Below are positions 44,114 through 56,767 of a DNA stretch of 64,000 bases, in pieces (position 1 is the first letter of the stretch; each line of letters begins with the position of its first letter). Position numbers and translations under genes: made by a program. Origin of the DNA: Octopus vulgaris. Its lineage: Eukaryota. The stretch is from the NCBI GenBank assembly GCA_951406725.2, contig OX597814.1, forward strand, positions 119,040,001-119,104,000. Direction: 5' to 3'. The notes below the pieces were generated by a model. That model made no database searches. It was given only the letters and a program-made list of their open reading frames with translations, and was not told the origin of the DNA.

Positions 44114-45373
44114 TTGGGGGAAATTTCGAACCTGGTTTCTCATTCCTAATGTAATTTTCGATGTCCTTGTTGTTGCTGTTGCTGTTATTATTCATATGGC
44201 GTAGTGGTTAAGAGCGCGGGTTACTAACCTCAAGATTCCGAGTTCGATTCCAGGAGACTTTTTCGAACTCTATATATCACAGATACTATTTTATCGAACG
44301 CAAAGTAACCTCAATGCGATTTGAACTCAGAACTTAAAGAACAAGAAAATTGGCTGCTAACCATTTTCCTTGATGTTCTAAAAATGCCGCCAGCTCACCG
44401 CCATTGGTTTAATATTTTTGCACAAGAGCAGCTCCTTTAGGCTACACTTTATTTTATTGACCCGAAAAAATGAAAGGGAAATTTACCACAATAGGATTTA
44501 TGCTCATAACGTAAAGAGCCGGAAAAATGCCACCTAGATATTTTGTGTGACACGGTATCCTATGCTATAAGCGCGCCGCCTAATAATGATAATTGTGTTT
44601 CTAATAATGTATATGCGTATGTTGTAAGTATGTACACACGCGTTGTACATCTTAGTTTAGTTATGAATATATATATTTTCAATATTATATTTTTCATGAT
44701 AATGATAGTATTTATACATAGAGACAGGGAGATATACAAATATTTATTGTATACTCATGGCGAATATTTCAAAGCTTAGATAAATTACTATCACAGCATG
44801 GCAAGCTATTTCAGCCAGACAATAATACGCACATACAAATAGTCCCGCACTCATTCACACACAGACACACATCGTCTGTATAGCACTTTGAAAGAACGCA
44901 CATGAACTGGAAAGCACCAAAATGACTTTTGTGACTTATTTAGCGTCGGCGAAGTCAAAGGACGAGGTCCTATGTCTGTACTAACTGACAATTTTCAAAA
45001 TATTCAATTTGTTTGTGTTGTGATGTCAAAACATTATCTTTGAAATTTGCGTGACTCTTTATCGACGGCCTGAATTAATTGCAGGCGAATTACGAATCAT
45101 TTCGATGGTTATTTGATCAATACGAAACAGCGGTGTCATCACCCTCGAGTATCGTCGTAACGATTTGAATATGAATTAAATTAGATAAAGTAGCGTAGTA
45201 GAGTAGGTAAAATTGTTGGTAAGTAGTTACGTAGTACATTTTACGACTGTGTGATTAAGGATACAATCGGCGCGGCATATTGGAATATTCACTTCTGACA
45301 TAATTTTCATTTAATCACGGTTCGCGCATGGAATTTCGTTGAGGAAAAGTGACTACAGCTTTTTCGATGACCG

Positions 45374-45434
45374 GATAACTGAAGAGATGGCAGCGTGGTT
45401 TTCCGCCCCGACATCCGAAACTCGGAATTTTATC
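45374..45434 (+). ncRNA. Hammerhead ribozyme motif (type I, stem III mismatched) in a probable Penelope-like tail (~45250-45540)
   Basis: GAUAA-CUGAAGA-GAUG...CAUC-C-GAAA-CUCGGAA-UU-UUAUC. Stem I is GAUAA/UUAUC and stem II is GAUG/CAUC. Confidence 0.6.
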
Positions 45435-45567
45435 ATGGCTACCGAATAACTGTCACATATATTTACAGATAAATTCCTCTATTTACATAATATCGAGGTC
45501 TCTTTCATTCTTTTTGTTGTACCATTTCTATCAATATATATATGTTATAAAAGAACGCACATGTTCT

Positions 45568-45744
45568 TTTATTCTTTTACTTGCTTTAGTCACTTGACTG
45601 CAGCCATGCTGGAGCACCGCTTTTAGTAAAAAATATCGACCCCAGGACTTATTCTATGAAAGCCTAATACATATTCTATAGGACTGTTTTTCCGAGGACG
45701 TAAACACAACAAAATCGGTGGGGGGAGAGGGACAAACAAATACA

Positions 45745-45807
<63 letters not shown>

Positions 45808-45940
45808 CATACATACACGAAAGGCTTCTTTCAGTTTGTCTACCAAACCCTCTCACAAGGCTCGAGGCTATAGTAGAAGACACTTGGTCACGGTGCCACG
45901 CAGTGGGAATGAACCCGGAACAATGTGATTTCGATGCAAG
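45568..45940 (-). mobile_element. SINE family B, minus-strand copy
   Basis: Reverse complement of the family B motifs (agaagacacttg, cagtggga, catgctggagcaccgc). Confidence 0.82.
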
Positions 45941-47140
45941 TCGTAATTTGGAGAAGAGTAAGCGGACTGACATATTTAGCTTTGGTAAAGCCAAATGAAC
46001 ACCTCTTTCGAAAAGACCGGCAATTGTCTAAAGATTCCATGTGTATTTGAATTGATGCCAAATTCTTACAGTGAAGTTTGAGTTCCTCTTTAATAGACCA
46101 CTGACTTTTAGAATTCTCGATTGTTAGCTTTAAGTTTTGTAATTTGGATGAGAATATGCTGTATTGGTGTACTGCTGAGCACCATTGAACACTTCAATGT
46201 AGGAACCAGTTAGAGATTCTCCGTCTTCTTTGTTATTCAATATATGCGTAATTACATCAGTTGATATCAATCCTGTGTATGTGTATGTGTGTGTGTGTGA
46301 TGCCATAAATGCTTAAACTGAGGTCCCCGTTGAGAGGTCGCAGGTATTAGTAACTATAGCTTGTTAGATTCAGTTTCTAGTTTAAACCTGCGATGACGGC
46401 TTGATGTTGTTCTTAACAACGGCTATCCACGTACTGCAAACATAAGGTCGATCCCGAAGGCAATGTTACACAATTCTACATTCGTATCGACACACATACG
46501 CGCGGATATATATATATATATATATAATTAATCAATATAGGGTGGCAAAAAAAATTTTGTAGAATTTTTTTTTGCCACCAGCGGCCTAGTGGGAAAAAAT
46601 TAAATAGTCATATACCATTTATAAGTTCAACATCACAATCAAGGAACGGCCATAATAGGCCATTCACCCACTAGAAATAACAGCCAAAGCTTTAACCGCA
46701 AAATAACATTAATTCCGTAAACCAGGAGAAAATTAAAAAAACATTACATATATATATATATACACTAGATAGAAATACACATACATATTGTGTGTGTTTA
46801 TACAAACACACATATATATAGGTATATATAAGATATCTCTACATATGTTAATGAAATTCATACGAAATTCCTGATTCCTTACATAATTCATTTCCTCCTC
46901 GTGAAACTGCAGAATTGCGGAGACTAAGCAAAGCCGAAATTACCTCAATATATTTTATCCAATGAACTCATACGCTGGCATTATCTTAAAAAAAACACAT
47001 GCACATACATCCATTTATGCACACACACACATATACGCACGCATACTGCAATTCGTTTTATCAGATATAACTTCTTAGGCTGCAACTTAAAATAACAGAC
47101 TTCAGTGTAGTATCTGGACATTTAATATTTATTCATTCTA

Positions 47141-47795
47141 AGGCGGTGAGCTGGCAGAAACTTTAGCATGCCGGGCGAAATGCGTAGCCGTATTTCGTCT
47201 GCCGTTACGTTCTGAGTTCAAATTCCGCCGGGGTCGGCTTTGCCTTTCATCCTTTCGTGGTCGATAAATTAAGTACCAGTTACGCACTGGGGTCGTTATA
47301 ATCGACTTAATCCGTCTGTCTTTGTTTGTCTCCTCTGTGTTTAGCCTCTTGCCTTTCATCCTTTCAGGGGTCGATAAATTATGTACCAGTTGTGTACTGG
47401 GGTCGATGTAATCGACTGGCCCCCTCCCCCAAAATGTCTGGCCTTCTGCCTAGATTAGAAAACATTTTGTTATTTATTCTGTGGGTAGTAAAGAAATGGG
47501 TATTTCTTCTGCCGCTGCGTTCTGAGTTCAAATTCCGCCGAGGTCGACTTTGCCTTTCATCCTTTCGGGGTTGATAAATTAAGTACCAGTTACACAATGG
47601 AGTCGATGTAATCGACGTAATCCCTTTGTCTGCCATTGTTTGTCCCCTCTATGTTTAGCCCCTTGCCTTTCATCCCTTCGGGGGTCGATAAATTATGTAC
47701 CAGTTGTGTACTGGGGTCGATGTAATCGACTGGCCCCCTTCCCCAAAATTTCTGGCCTTCTGCCTAGATTAGAAAACATTTTGTTATTTATTCTG
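47141..47795 (+). mobile_element. Cluster of nested, tandemly duplicated SINE family A copies
   Basis: The core gcctttcatcctttc.gggtcgataaatta.gtaccagtt occurs four times. 47323-47481 recurs at 47637-47795. Confidence 0.85.
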
Positions 47796-49866
47796 TATAT
47801 TTCTACTTTTGTTGGATACATTTGCTTCTAATCACTGAAAATGGTTCTACATTTCATTTGACAATGTTTGAGATGTTACAGTGAAACATTCTTTTTATAA
47901 TTCTCAGATTTGGGTGTAGAAAATATATAGACGATAGTCGTTTGCCAAAGCCTATGCATTGTTATCGGGCTGTAAGTCAAGTCAGGACGGAACTTCACTT
48001 GAAATGCAAGTGGTTAAGTCTAATATTCATTTAATTCTGTTTGGTAATTTATAACCAAAGTTGAGGACATCGATAATTGTTATAGGGTGCTGACTCACAA
48101 GAGATCGGAAAAGAATTTAGGAGAAGAGATAATCACTCTGATCCTACAACTCAACACATTGTTACATATTACCGCATTTTGTCAAAGAATGGCGTACTGC
48201 CTATGATATATATGTGCGCGAAAATTTTGTAAGAAAAGACAATAACACTTTATAATAGATCAAATGTAACAATCTAAAAAGTTTGCGGAAAGTTTAAATA
48301 ATAACAGGACCACAAACCTAGAATGAGTAATACAGCTGTTCCTTAAATGTTTGTCGGTTTATTACTCAAAACGATTGACTTAAAGATATTTAAATATATT
48401 TGCATATCATGAAACACTTATATGAAAGTGTGTGCGCACGCGCGAGAACGCATGTTCTCATGCGTGTTGCTTAATTTTCGTAATATTCTATTGTTTGTAG
48501 ACTTCCGATCTTTTTATTGAGAGTATAATTATAGTTTTCATTCATATAACAAAATTATCAACGAATGATATAAACAAAATTAAATCAATACTCACATAAA
48601 TAGTTTTAAAATATATTTTTATAATATATACTAATTTTATTATATACACAGAATAGTCTGATGTTTACAACTATAAATATTGATAGACAGACCTGCTCAA
48701 TGTTGTTAGCAGACAAAATATAAACAGCTCTGTCACAGCAATCTAATTTACGAACTTTATTCCATTACTGCCATGAAATTCAGACTTTAGAATTAATATA
48801 TTTTCTTTCTCATCAGACATTACAAATATTCTGACAGATGACTCGCTGACAAAACCAATTTTCCAAAATACTACTACGCTATTCCAGACACTCATAATAA
48901 CTCATTCCACCTATCTGAAGACGTTGTTATATTGTATGGCTGTAGGTATGCAATGGAAGCTATATATAAGTCAATGACATTCTGTGAGAAAATAGCCTCG
49001 CATCGTTTACTTCAGACAGACGACCCATCATTTAGGACTGAAATAAATATTCTTCAAATCAGAACAGAGTTCTATGACCATTTACTATTTAACGGTTTTA
49101 CGACACTTTAAAAGGAAACTAGTGTAGGTTGGCAAGGACCTAGATTTTGACATGGTAACCTTCAGTTAAAATATGGTTTGAAAACCTCACTTTTTATTTG
49201 AGAAGGATTAAGAAATGGGGTAATACTATCTTTATAAACAAAAAGTAGCAGAATACCTTATAGAAAATTTTCTCTATTCTGAATAATTACAAAAATCATT
49301 CAAAAAATGAATTTCAGAATAAATATATTTCTTAAACAGGTTTGCATTACATTGCATTGTAAATGTTTATGGGTTATCTACCCATAGGTAGGCTTCTAGT
49401 AATAAGTGATCTATTAAATTGTTTCTCCTGCACTAACAAGAAGCTTTGGTGAATTATGAAGGGACATATATAATTTTTACAGTCGTATCGTTTAAAAAAA
49501 TAAATACTTTTCTTCTGAGAAAATGTCTTTTACAAAACCTAAACTTTTTTTATAAGTTCTTCTCAAATTCTTTTTACATTCTTTCTGCAAACTAGCTGCC
49601 GCTTAACTTATCTTCAATAAAACAATAACGAAATAAGCGTTGTCAACGAAATGAGACGTGGCAATATCTACTGGTTTCGTGTCAAATATTGGTATAAATA
49701 TGAAATGAATACTCATATAGTCTGTAAAGTCATTGACAGCTAAACATTAAAATCCTGCAAAATATATCATAGACAATATTACGGTATTTTTTCTACTGCA
49801 TAATACTGTGCGTCTCTTCCATGTCCTGTCATTGGCGCCATTACATAATGTAATATAATATATATG

Positions 49867-49924
<58 letters not shown>

Positions 49925-51545
49925 CATACATATACACAATGTAACTTGTATATAATGTTGAGGGGAAACTTCAAACGCATCATTAATACTCTTTTCTTTC
50001 ACTGTTTTGAAATATAATTAAACCCGAAAATATATATACATATCATTAAATCTGTGCCAAAAAGATAACAAAGCATTTTGATGACTAGCCAAATATTATT
50101 AATAGAAGAGATTTGTGTTTGTCATTTAGAAGCAGTTTACTATTTTACAATATATCTATCTTACCGAGCCACTAAAATTGAAAGTAGCCATTTAGTTTTA
50201 GAATTCCAAAATCGACGTAATGGATGGAATGTCTATTAAATAACCCTATTTTCTATTTCCTCTAGAAATAGAATATTCATAGAACTTTGCTTATCAGCTC
50301 CATCTAAACATACAACTTCACAACTCTTGATTTAGACGTTGTAATTATAAAGATATCTATAATGCAATAGTATTTCATCATCCACCGTTAGCTGTGATGT
50401 TATTCATTGAAACTCGTGTTTAATCACCATTGACTTAGATGAGTAAAACTAGCTGTACTCTATTGCAATACATCAATGAATTCGGATAGCCCAAGGCCGA
50501 TATTTCATTGTCCAGAAAATCGCCAATGAATTTTAATAAGCTCAGGCTCCTTCCAATACAATGTTTCTAATCGATGTTTACTGCATCTGAAAAGCAAATT
50601 ATGCGTTTTTATCTCATGTTATGAGAAAATATATCAGAATAGCATTGAGAGTGTTTGAAGCAGAATATTTTAACAATAAGCCATTGTTGTGAATATACCA
50701 CTGATGCCTACTATCAGATCTCACAATTTTCTTCGCGTTCTTCAACAAAACGTCACCTTCCACACAAAGGCCCTATTCGATCTAAGTATCAATAAGCTAT
50801 TTCTGAAGATGTAATCATTAATAAAATTGAAAGAAGTTTTAGAATAGGAAATAAAGAATGTGAATTATGAATAATGGAATAATTATAGATTAAAAAAAAA
50901 ATTATATTTTATTTATGAGAACGAATCAAAGAATGAGGGTGCAGATAAAATGTGTTTTCAGGTGGAGTCAACAGAAAAATGTGTTAATATATATGTGTGC
51001 GTGTGTTGTGTGTGAGCATGTATATATATATAATGTGATGTGTGTATGTGTACATGTGTATTTGAATGAGTGCGTATATGTTTGGACGAATATTTCTGTG
51101 TGTGTGTAAATTAAATCCGAAAATATTGCGTGAGCCTTTGAACTGTGAACTTTTGAAATTCCATATTTTAGGAATTGATACTGATAGTAACCGCTCGCTG
51201 CGATGCCTTAGTGGATCCAGAAATGTACAATATAGAGCTGCAGTTTTTAACTGGAATTAGAACCAAATAAATACAATCGTTTACCGACATTTGTAGATTT
51301 TGATCTCATCTGCTTCTTTGTGAAAAACATAATCTACAGAATTGAGTTTGTGAATGAATTAGCTTCATTTTCATAATACGGGTAGTTATTTATTTATTTT
51401 TTTTGGTTCCTAAAAGAATATACTAGAAAGCGTTTGTAAGATTAGTATTTTGTTACGTCTTGAATTCAAATACTACCAATGCGTTTTTTTTTATCTTTCA
51501 ATTGATGTGTATTTCGAGAATTAATTACAGGTCAAAATTTCCTTA

Positions 51546-51705
51546 AGCGCAAGAGTGGTTGTTGGCTAATTAGTTTGCTTACCAACAACATGGTTCCGGG
51601 TTCAGTCCCACTGCGTAGCACCTTGGGCAAGTGTCTTCTACTATAGCCTCGGGCTGACCAAAGCCTTGAGTAGATTTGGTAGACGGAAACTGAAAGAAGC
51701 CCGTC

Positions 51706-51753
<48 letters not shown>

Positions 51754-52615
51754 GTGAATGTATATATATGTGTGTGTGTGTGTGTGAATGTATATATATG
51801 TATGTGTGTGTGTGTGAATGTATATATATGTATGTGTGTGTGTGTGAATGTATATATATGTATGTGTGTGTGTGAATGCATATATATGTATGTGTGTGTG
51901 TGTGAATGCATATATATGTATGTGTGTGTGTGTGTGAATGTATATATATGTATGTGTGTGTGTGTGTGTGAATGTATATATATGTATGTGTGTGTGTGTG
52001 TGTGAATGTATATGTATGTGTGTGTGTGAATGTATATATATGTATGTGTGTGTGTGAATGCATATATATGTATGTGTGTGTGTGTGAATGTATATATATG
52101 TATGTGTGTGTGTGTGTGAATGTATATATATGTATGTGTGTGTGTGTGTGTGAATGTATATATATGTATGTGTGTGTGTGAATGTATATATATGTATGTG
52201 TGTGTGTGAATGTATATATATGTATGTGTGTGTGTGAATGTATATATATGTATGTGTGTGTGTGAATGTATATATATGTATGTGTGTGTGTGTGTATGTA
52301 TGTATGTGTGTGTGTGAATGTATATATATGTATGTGTGTGTGTGAATGTATATATATGTATGTGTGTGTGTGTGAATGTATATATATGTATGTGTGTGTG
52401 TGTGAATGTATATATATGTATGTGTGTGTGTGTGAATGTATATATATGTATGTGTGTGTGTGTGTGTGAATGTATATATATGTATGTGTGTGTGTGTGAA
52501 TGTATATATATGTATGTGTGTGTGTGTGTGTGTATATATGTGTGTGTGTGTGAATGTATATATATGTATGTGTGTGTGTGTGTGTGAATGTATATATATA
52601 TGTGTGTGTGTGTGA

Positions 52616-52653
<38 letters not shown>

Positions 52654-52858
52654 CTGTGTTTGTTCCCCCAACATCGCTTGATAATTGATCTTTGTGTGCT
52701 TACGTCCCCGTCACTTTGAGGTTCGGCAAAAGGAGACCGATACAATAAGTACTAGGCTTGCAAAGAATAAGTCCTGGGGTCGATTTGCTCGACTAAAGGC
52801 GGTGCTCCAGCATGGTCACAGTTAAATGACAGAAACAAATATAAGAAAAGAAAAAAGA
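51546..52858 (+). mobile_element. SINE family B with a ~950 bp internal micro/minisatellite expansion
   Basis: 5' half at 51546-51706 and 3' half at 52652-52858 match the 26.3 kb copy. The interior repeats gaatg(ta)n tgta(tg)n. Confidence 0.88.
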
Positions 52859-52871
52859 ATTAGTATTTATC

Positions 52872-54071
52872 ACTGTAGACTTCTATCGCAACAGTAGAAT
52901 TTTCACTGTTGATTCCAAGTTACAAATTAACAATTTCAAATTCTGGCACAATGCCAGCAAGTTTGCAGTTGGGGTAAGTCTATTACATGAAACCCCTCTG
53001 ATTAACCGGTATATATTTTATCGACCCCGAAAGGATGAAAGGCAAACTCGACCTCGGCAGAATTTGCACTCAGAACCTATACACGGAAGAAATGCCACTA
53101 AGCATATTGTTCGGCGCACTAACGGTTCTTTTCTACTCTAGGCACAAGGTCCGAAATTTTTGTGAGGAGGCGCCTGTCGATTAGATCGACCCCAGTACAC
53201 AAGTGGTACTTAATTTATCGACACCGAAAGGATGAAAGGCGGAATTTGAACTCAGAACGTAAACAGACGAAACACCGCTAAGCATTTCGCCCGTTTCTAC
53301 CAGCTCGCCGCCTTGGCGCACTAACGATACCGCCAGCTTGCTAGAACAATAAGCATGTAGTTTTATTGTGCATTAAGCTGATAGGAATGCATAGTGGGTC
53401 GACCATGAGAGGTGAAAATATTTTGAAGTATTTCGAAAAATCACTTATAACAAAAAGGATAGACTTTTTATACTGTAGACTTCTATCGCAACAGTAGAAT
53501 TTTCACTGTTGATTCCAAGTTACAAATTAACAATTTCAAATTCTGGCACAATGCCAGCAAGTTTGCAGTTGGGGTAAGTCTATTACATGAAACCCCTCTG
53601 ATTAACCGGTATATATTTTATCGACCCCGAAAGGATGAAAGGCAAACTCGACCTCGGCAGAATTTGCACTCAGAACCTATACACGGAAGAAATGCCACTA
53701 AGCATATTGTTCGGCGCACTAACGGTTCTTTTCTACTCTAGGCACAAGGTCCGAAATTTTTGTGAGGAGGCGCCTGTCGATTAGATCGACCCCAGTACAC
53801 AAGTGGTACTTAATTTATCGACACCGAAAGGATGAAAGGCGGAATTTGAACTCAGAACGTAAACAGACGAAACACCGCTAAGCATTTCGCCCGTTTCTAC
53901 CAGCTCGCCGCCTTGGCGCACTAACGATACCGCCAGCTTGCTAGAACAATAAGCATGTAGTTTTATTGTGCATTAAGCTGATAGGAATGCATAGTGGGTC
54001 GACCATGAGAGGTGAAAATATTTTGAAGTATTTCGAAAAATCACTTATAACAAAAAGGATAGACTTTTTAT
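52872..54071. repeat. 600-bp tandem duplication (52872-53471 = 53472-54071) containing nested minus-strand SINEs
   Basis: Lines repeat at an offset of exactly 600 with no differences seen by eye. Confidence 0.96.
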
Positions 54072-54639
54072 ATAGAATATGAAATGTATAGTGATGTAGA
54101 TTTATGTGGATGATGTGTATATATAAATATAGCAAAAGAAACTTGCTTTGCTAGTTGAAATATAATTATACAATCCTGAAAGAGTTCATATTCTTGACAG
54201 AAGTTTAAAAGTAAAAGGAAAATGAATATCTTTTCCAATATGGATTGTCATAAATAAAATATTGTCACAGGGAAAAGCCATAGTCTGCTGCGATCGTTAA
54301 TTCGTTAAAATAGTCACCACATATGTTGGAACACTTACTAGATTACAATTTATGATAGCTTCAGAATATTGTATTCGGATATTACGAAAAAGATCTAATA
54401 TAGGAACTTTGTAGAATAATATACCAAATTTGAATAAAAATTAATATTTTGACGTTATTTTCCGTACTTTACAATAAGCAAGTTTGCCATATTGCATTTG
54501 AAATTCGATACTTGTCATCCTGATAGCGTATAAGTAACATTTGTTTCTATATTAGCACGAATATATATTTATGTATGAGTGTGTGCTTAAAGGGGAATAA
54601 ATGGTGTTTATATGTGGGATGTCAGTACCTGAATACATA

Positions 54640-54970
54640 TGTATGTGGTTGATCCCGCCTTCCCTATCTAAAATAAGGACACAGTACGGGAATAGTCTGG
54701 GTTTCAAGAGCCCGCAATTGTTCAACATACTGCCAGGCAACCTTAGAGATCTACATGACGTTGATGTGGTAGTTTTCAAAGAATGTTTGGACAGGTTTCT
54801 ATTTGAGGTACCAGTTGAAGCAACATCGTGCCAGGAGAAATAAAAAAGTGTAGCTCAGGCGAAATCGCTACTTCACCCAAAACAATACTGGAAACACTAC
54901 CGAGTAAGTACAGGTTGTGCACCAGAATGACTTCAACCCTGAGTTGAAACCAGTAAAAGATAAAAGAAAA
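54640..54970 (+). mobile_element. 3' end of a CR1-group LINE with 3' UTR
   Basis: IRTQYGNSLGFKSPQLFNILPGNLRD..FKECLDRFL..VP, a typical (P)xLFNxLP..FKxxLD C-terminus. Confidence 0.78.
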
Positions 54971-54974
54971 CATG

Positions 54975-55033
<59 letters not shown>

Positions 55034-55264
55034 AATAGATGAGTGTATTTTTACATTGTTAACAATTAACATGGAAAAAATAAATAGTTACCAGGGTAGC
55101 AAAAATCTCACAAGTAAAGATGTTGTAACTCCTTGTTTATACAGGTAGAAACTTCGTGTTTACGTGGAATATTTTGAATAATATATGAATAAATAAATGG
55201 AGTTAACGCAGGTGTAAATTTTCGACACGTGTTTCGAAAATTCCACTGATACTCCATCTATTTA

Positions 55265-55298
<34 letters not shown>

Positions 55299-55407
55299 GG
55301 TATGTAGAAAAATACAACATGGACAAGAACGTATAACTCTTAATATTCGAAACCCTCAGTCTTCAGTCAATATATATATATATATATGTATATATATTTA
55401 TATATAA

Positions 55408-55602
55408 AGTTAATCCAAACATGAAAGCACAAAAAAATACAACAACGCGAGGACGTGGAACAAATATAGTATTAATGGACGCTCAGGAAAGAAGGAGGGT
55501 TTAACGTTTCGAGCGGAGCTCTTCGTCGGAAACATAGAAGAAATTATCCAGAGAAGGGAAGACAGAGGAAAAAAATCGCCAACGGTACACACGCGGTCAC
55601 AT
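55408..55602 (-). mobile_element. Penelope-like terminal repeat with degenerate hammerhead-like motif
   Basis: Minus strand gacgaagagctccgctcgaaacgtt, with the same architecture as the 39.5 and 43.6 kb copies. Flanked by (TA)n. Confidence 0.6.
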
Positions 55603-55637
<35 letters not shown>

Positions 55638-56178
55638 TTCCGGTTTCGTTTAGGAAAGATGTGCTTTTTGTTCTCCTGAAACAACGAAGAGGGATTCACT
55701 AAATGGACGAAAAAATCTGCTAAAACTGGCAAAAACATAGTTCTTGTTATTTCATAACTACTATAATATATCGGTTAGGAAAAAAGAAATATACATATAT
55801 GCAAATATGGGGGTTTACTTAACAGGTAATCTAAACGAATACGTACGCTAGGTAAGTGCTGTAACGGGTTACTAGGGCTCCAAAGTCATAGCCGAGGCGG
55901 TAGTTATGGAGCCATTTTAGATTTCTGATATAGCGGATATATTATTGTTAAAGGGGACAACAAACGTTAAGGCAAAGCAAAAATCCCAAGTCATATACGT
56001 TTTTATTATAGGAAAAATTCCACACAAACATTTTCCATTAATAATAACGTATATGACTTGAGATATTAGCCTTGCCTTAACGTTTGTAATCCTCTTTAAG
56101 AATATATATATATGAACAATTCCTCTCTTCATATTATCACTATTGTTATTATTATTATTATTATTATCAATATTATTA

Positions 56179-56767
56179 TTAGCTTTGTACAGTGAATTCA
56201 TTTTCAACAAAACATTGGCGGTGTTTGTTTTCTTGTAAAGAACGTGTATCATCCTCATTTTCTCTGATATCTTTCTCTGGCTTCGCTATCGCTTCGTTCT
56301 GAAGAACTCTTCTTGTCTTCAATTTCAAATTGATGTACATTTCTTTTTCGTGGACCAATATAACTCAGCAAAACAGGTAAAAACTTTAGACTCTGGGTTG
56401 CTCCAAAAACTACAATGCCAAGTTACATTGTGAAATAAATGAGTCTGGGACATTGAAAAGACTAGAACAATAATTCCCAAAAGTTTGATAAGTATTTTTT
56501 CCACTCATGGCTGAACTTTCTGTGTCAGCCGCGGCATATTAGGCCCATGTGAATGTCTCGCTCATTAGCTTCAGCAAATGCTCGAGCAATATGAGAACAG
56601 AATTCAACTGATATTCCAACAGACATGACAAGATTAACAAGAGAAAGGGCATTGAGCTGTATATGCCAAAGGGAAATCATTCCTAATATATCAGTCAATA
56701 CCATAAGAATGGTAAAAACTAAAAGGATTGAAGTATAGAAATGAAATCCCATGAGAATGATTGTCAT
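56179..56767 (-). pseudogene. NPC1: Intronless, 5'-truncated NPC1 (Niemann-Pick C1-like) pseudogene fragment covering the C-terminal TM helices
   Basis: LNALSLVNLVMSVGISVEFCSHIARAF, then across frameshifts SSAMSG / LIKLLGIIVLVFSMSQ / IYFTM*LGIVVFGATQSLKFLPVLLSYIGP. This is colinear with the NPC1 C-terminus and has several frameshifts and stops. Confidence 0.88.

Noticed and set aside
44197-44255. tRNA-like sequence with A and B boxes
   Set aside because: It has no acceptor stem or complete cloverleaf and is best read as a truncated SINE head.
46541-46579. Short hairpin ggtggcaaaaaaaatt...aatttttttttgccacc
   Set aside because: It is mostly homopolymer pairing at the end of a TA-flanked repeat-like block, with no evidence of function.
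51736-52620. Regularly spaced repeats superficially like a CRISPR array
   Set aside because: There are no unique spacers or cas genes. It is a minisatellite in a eukaryotic SINE.
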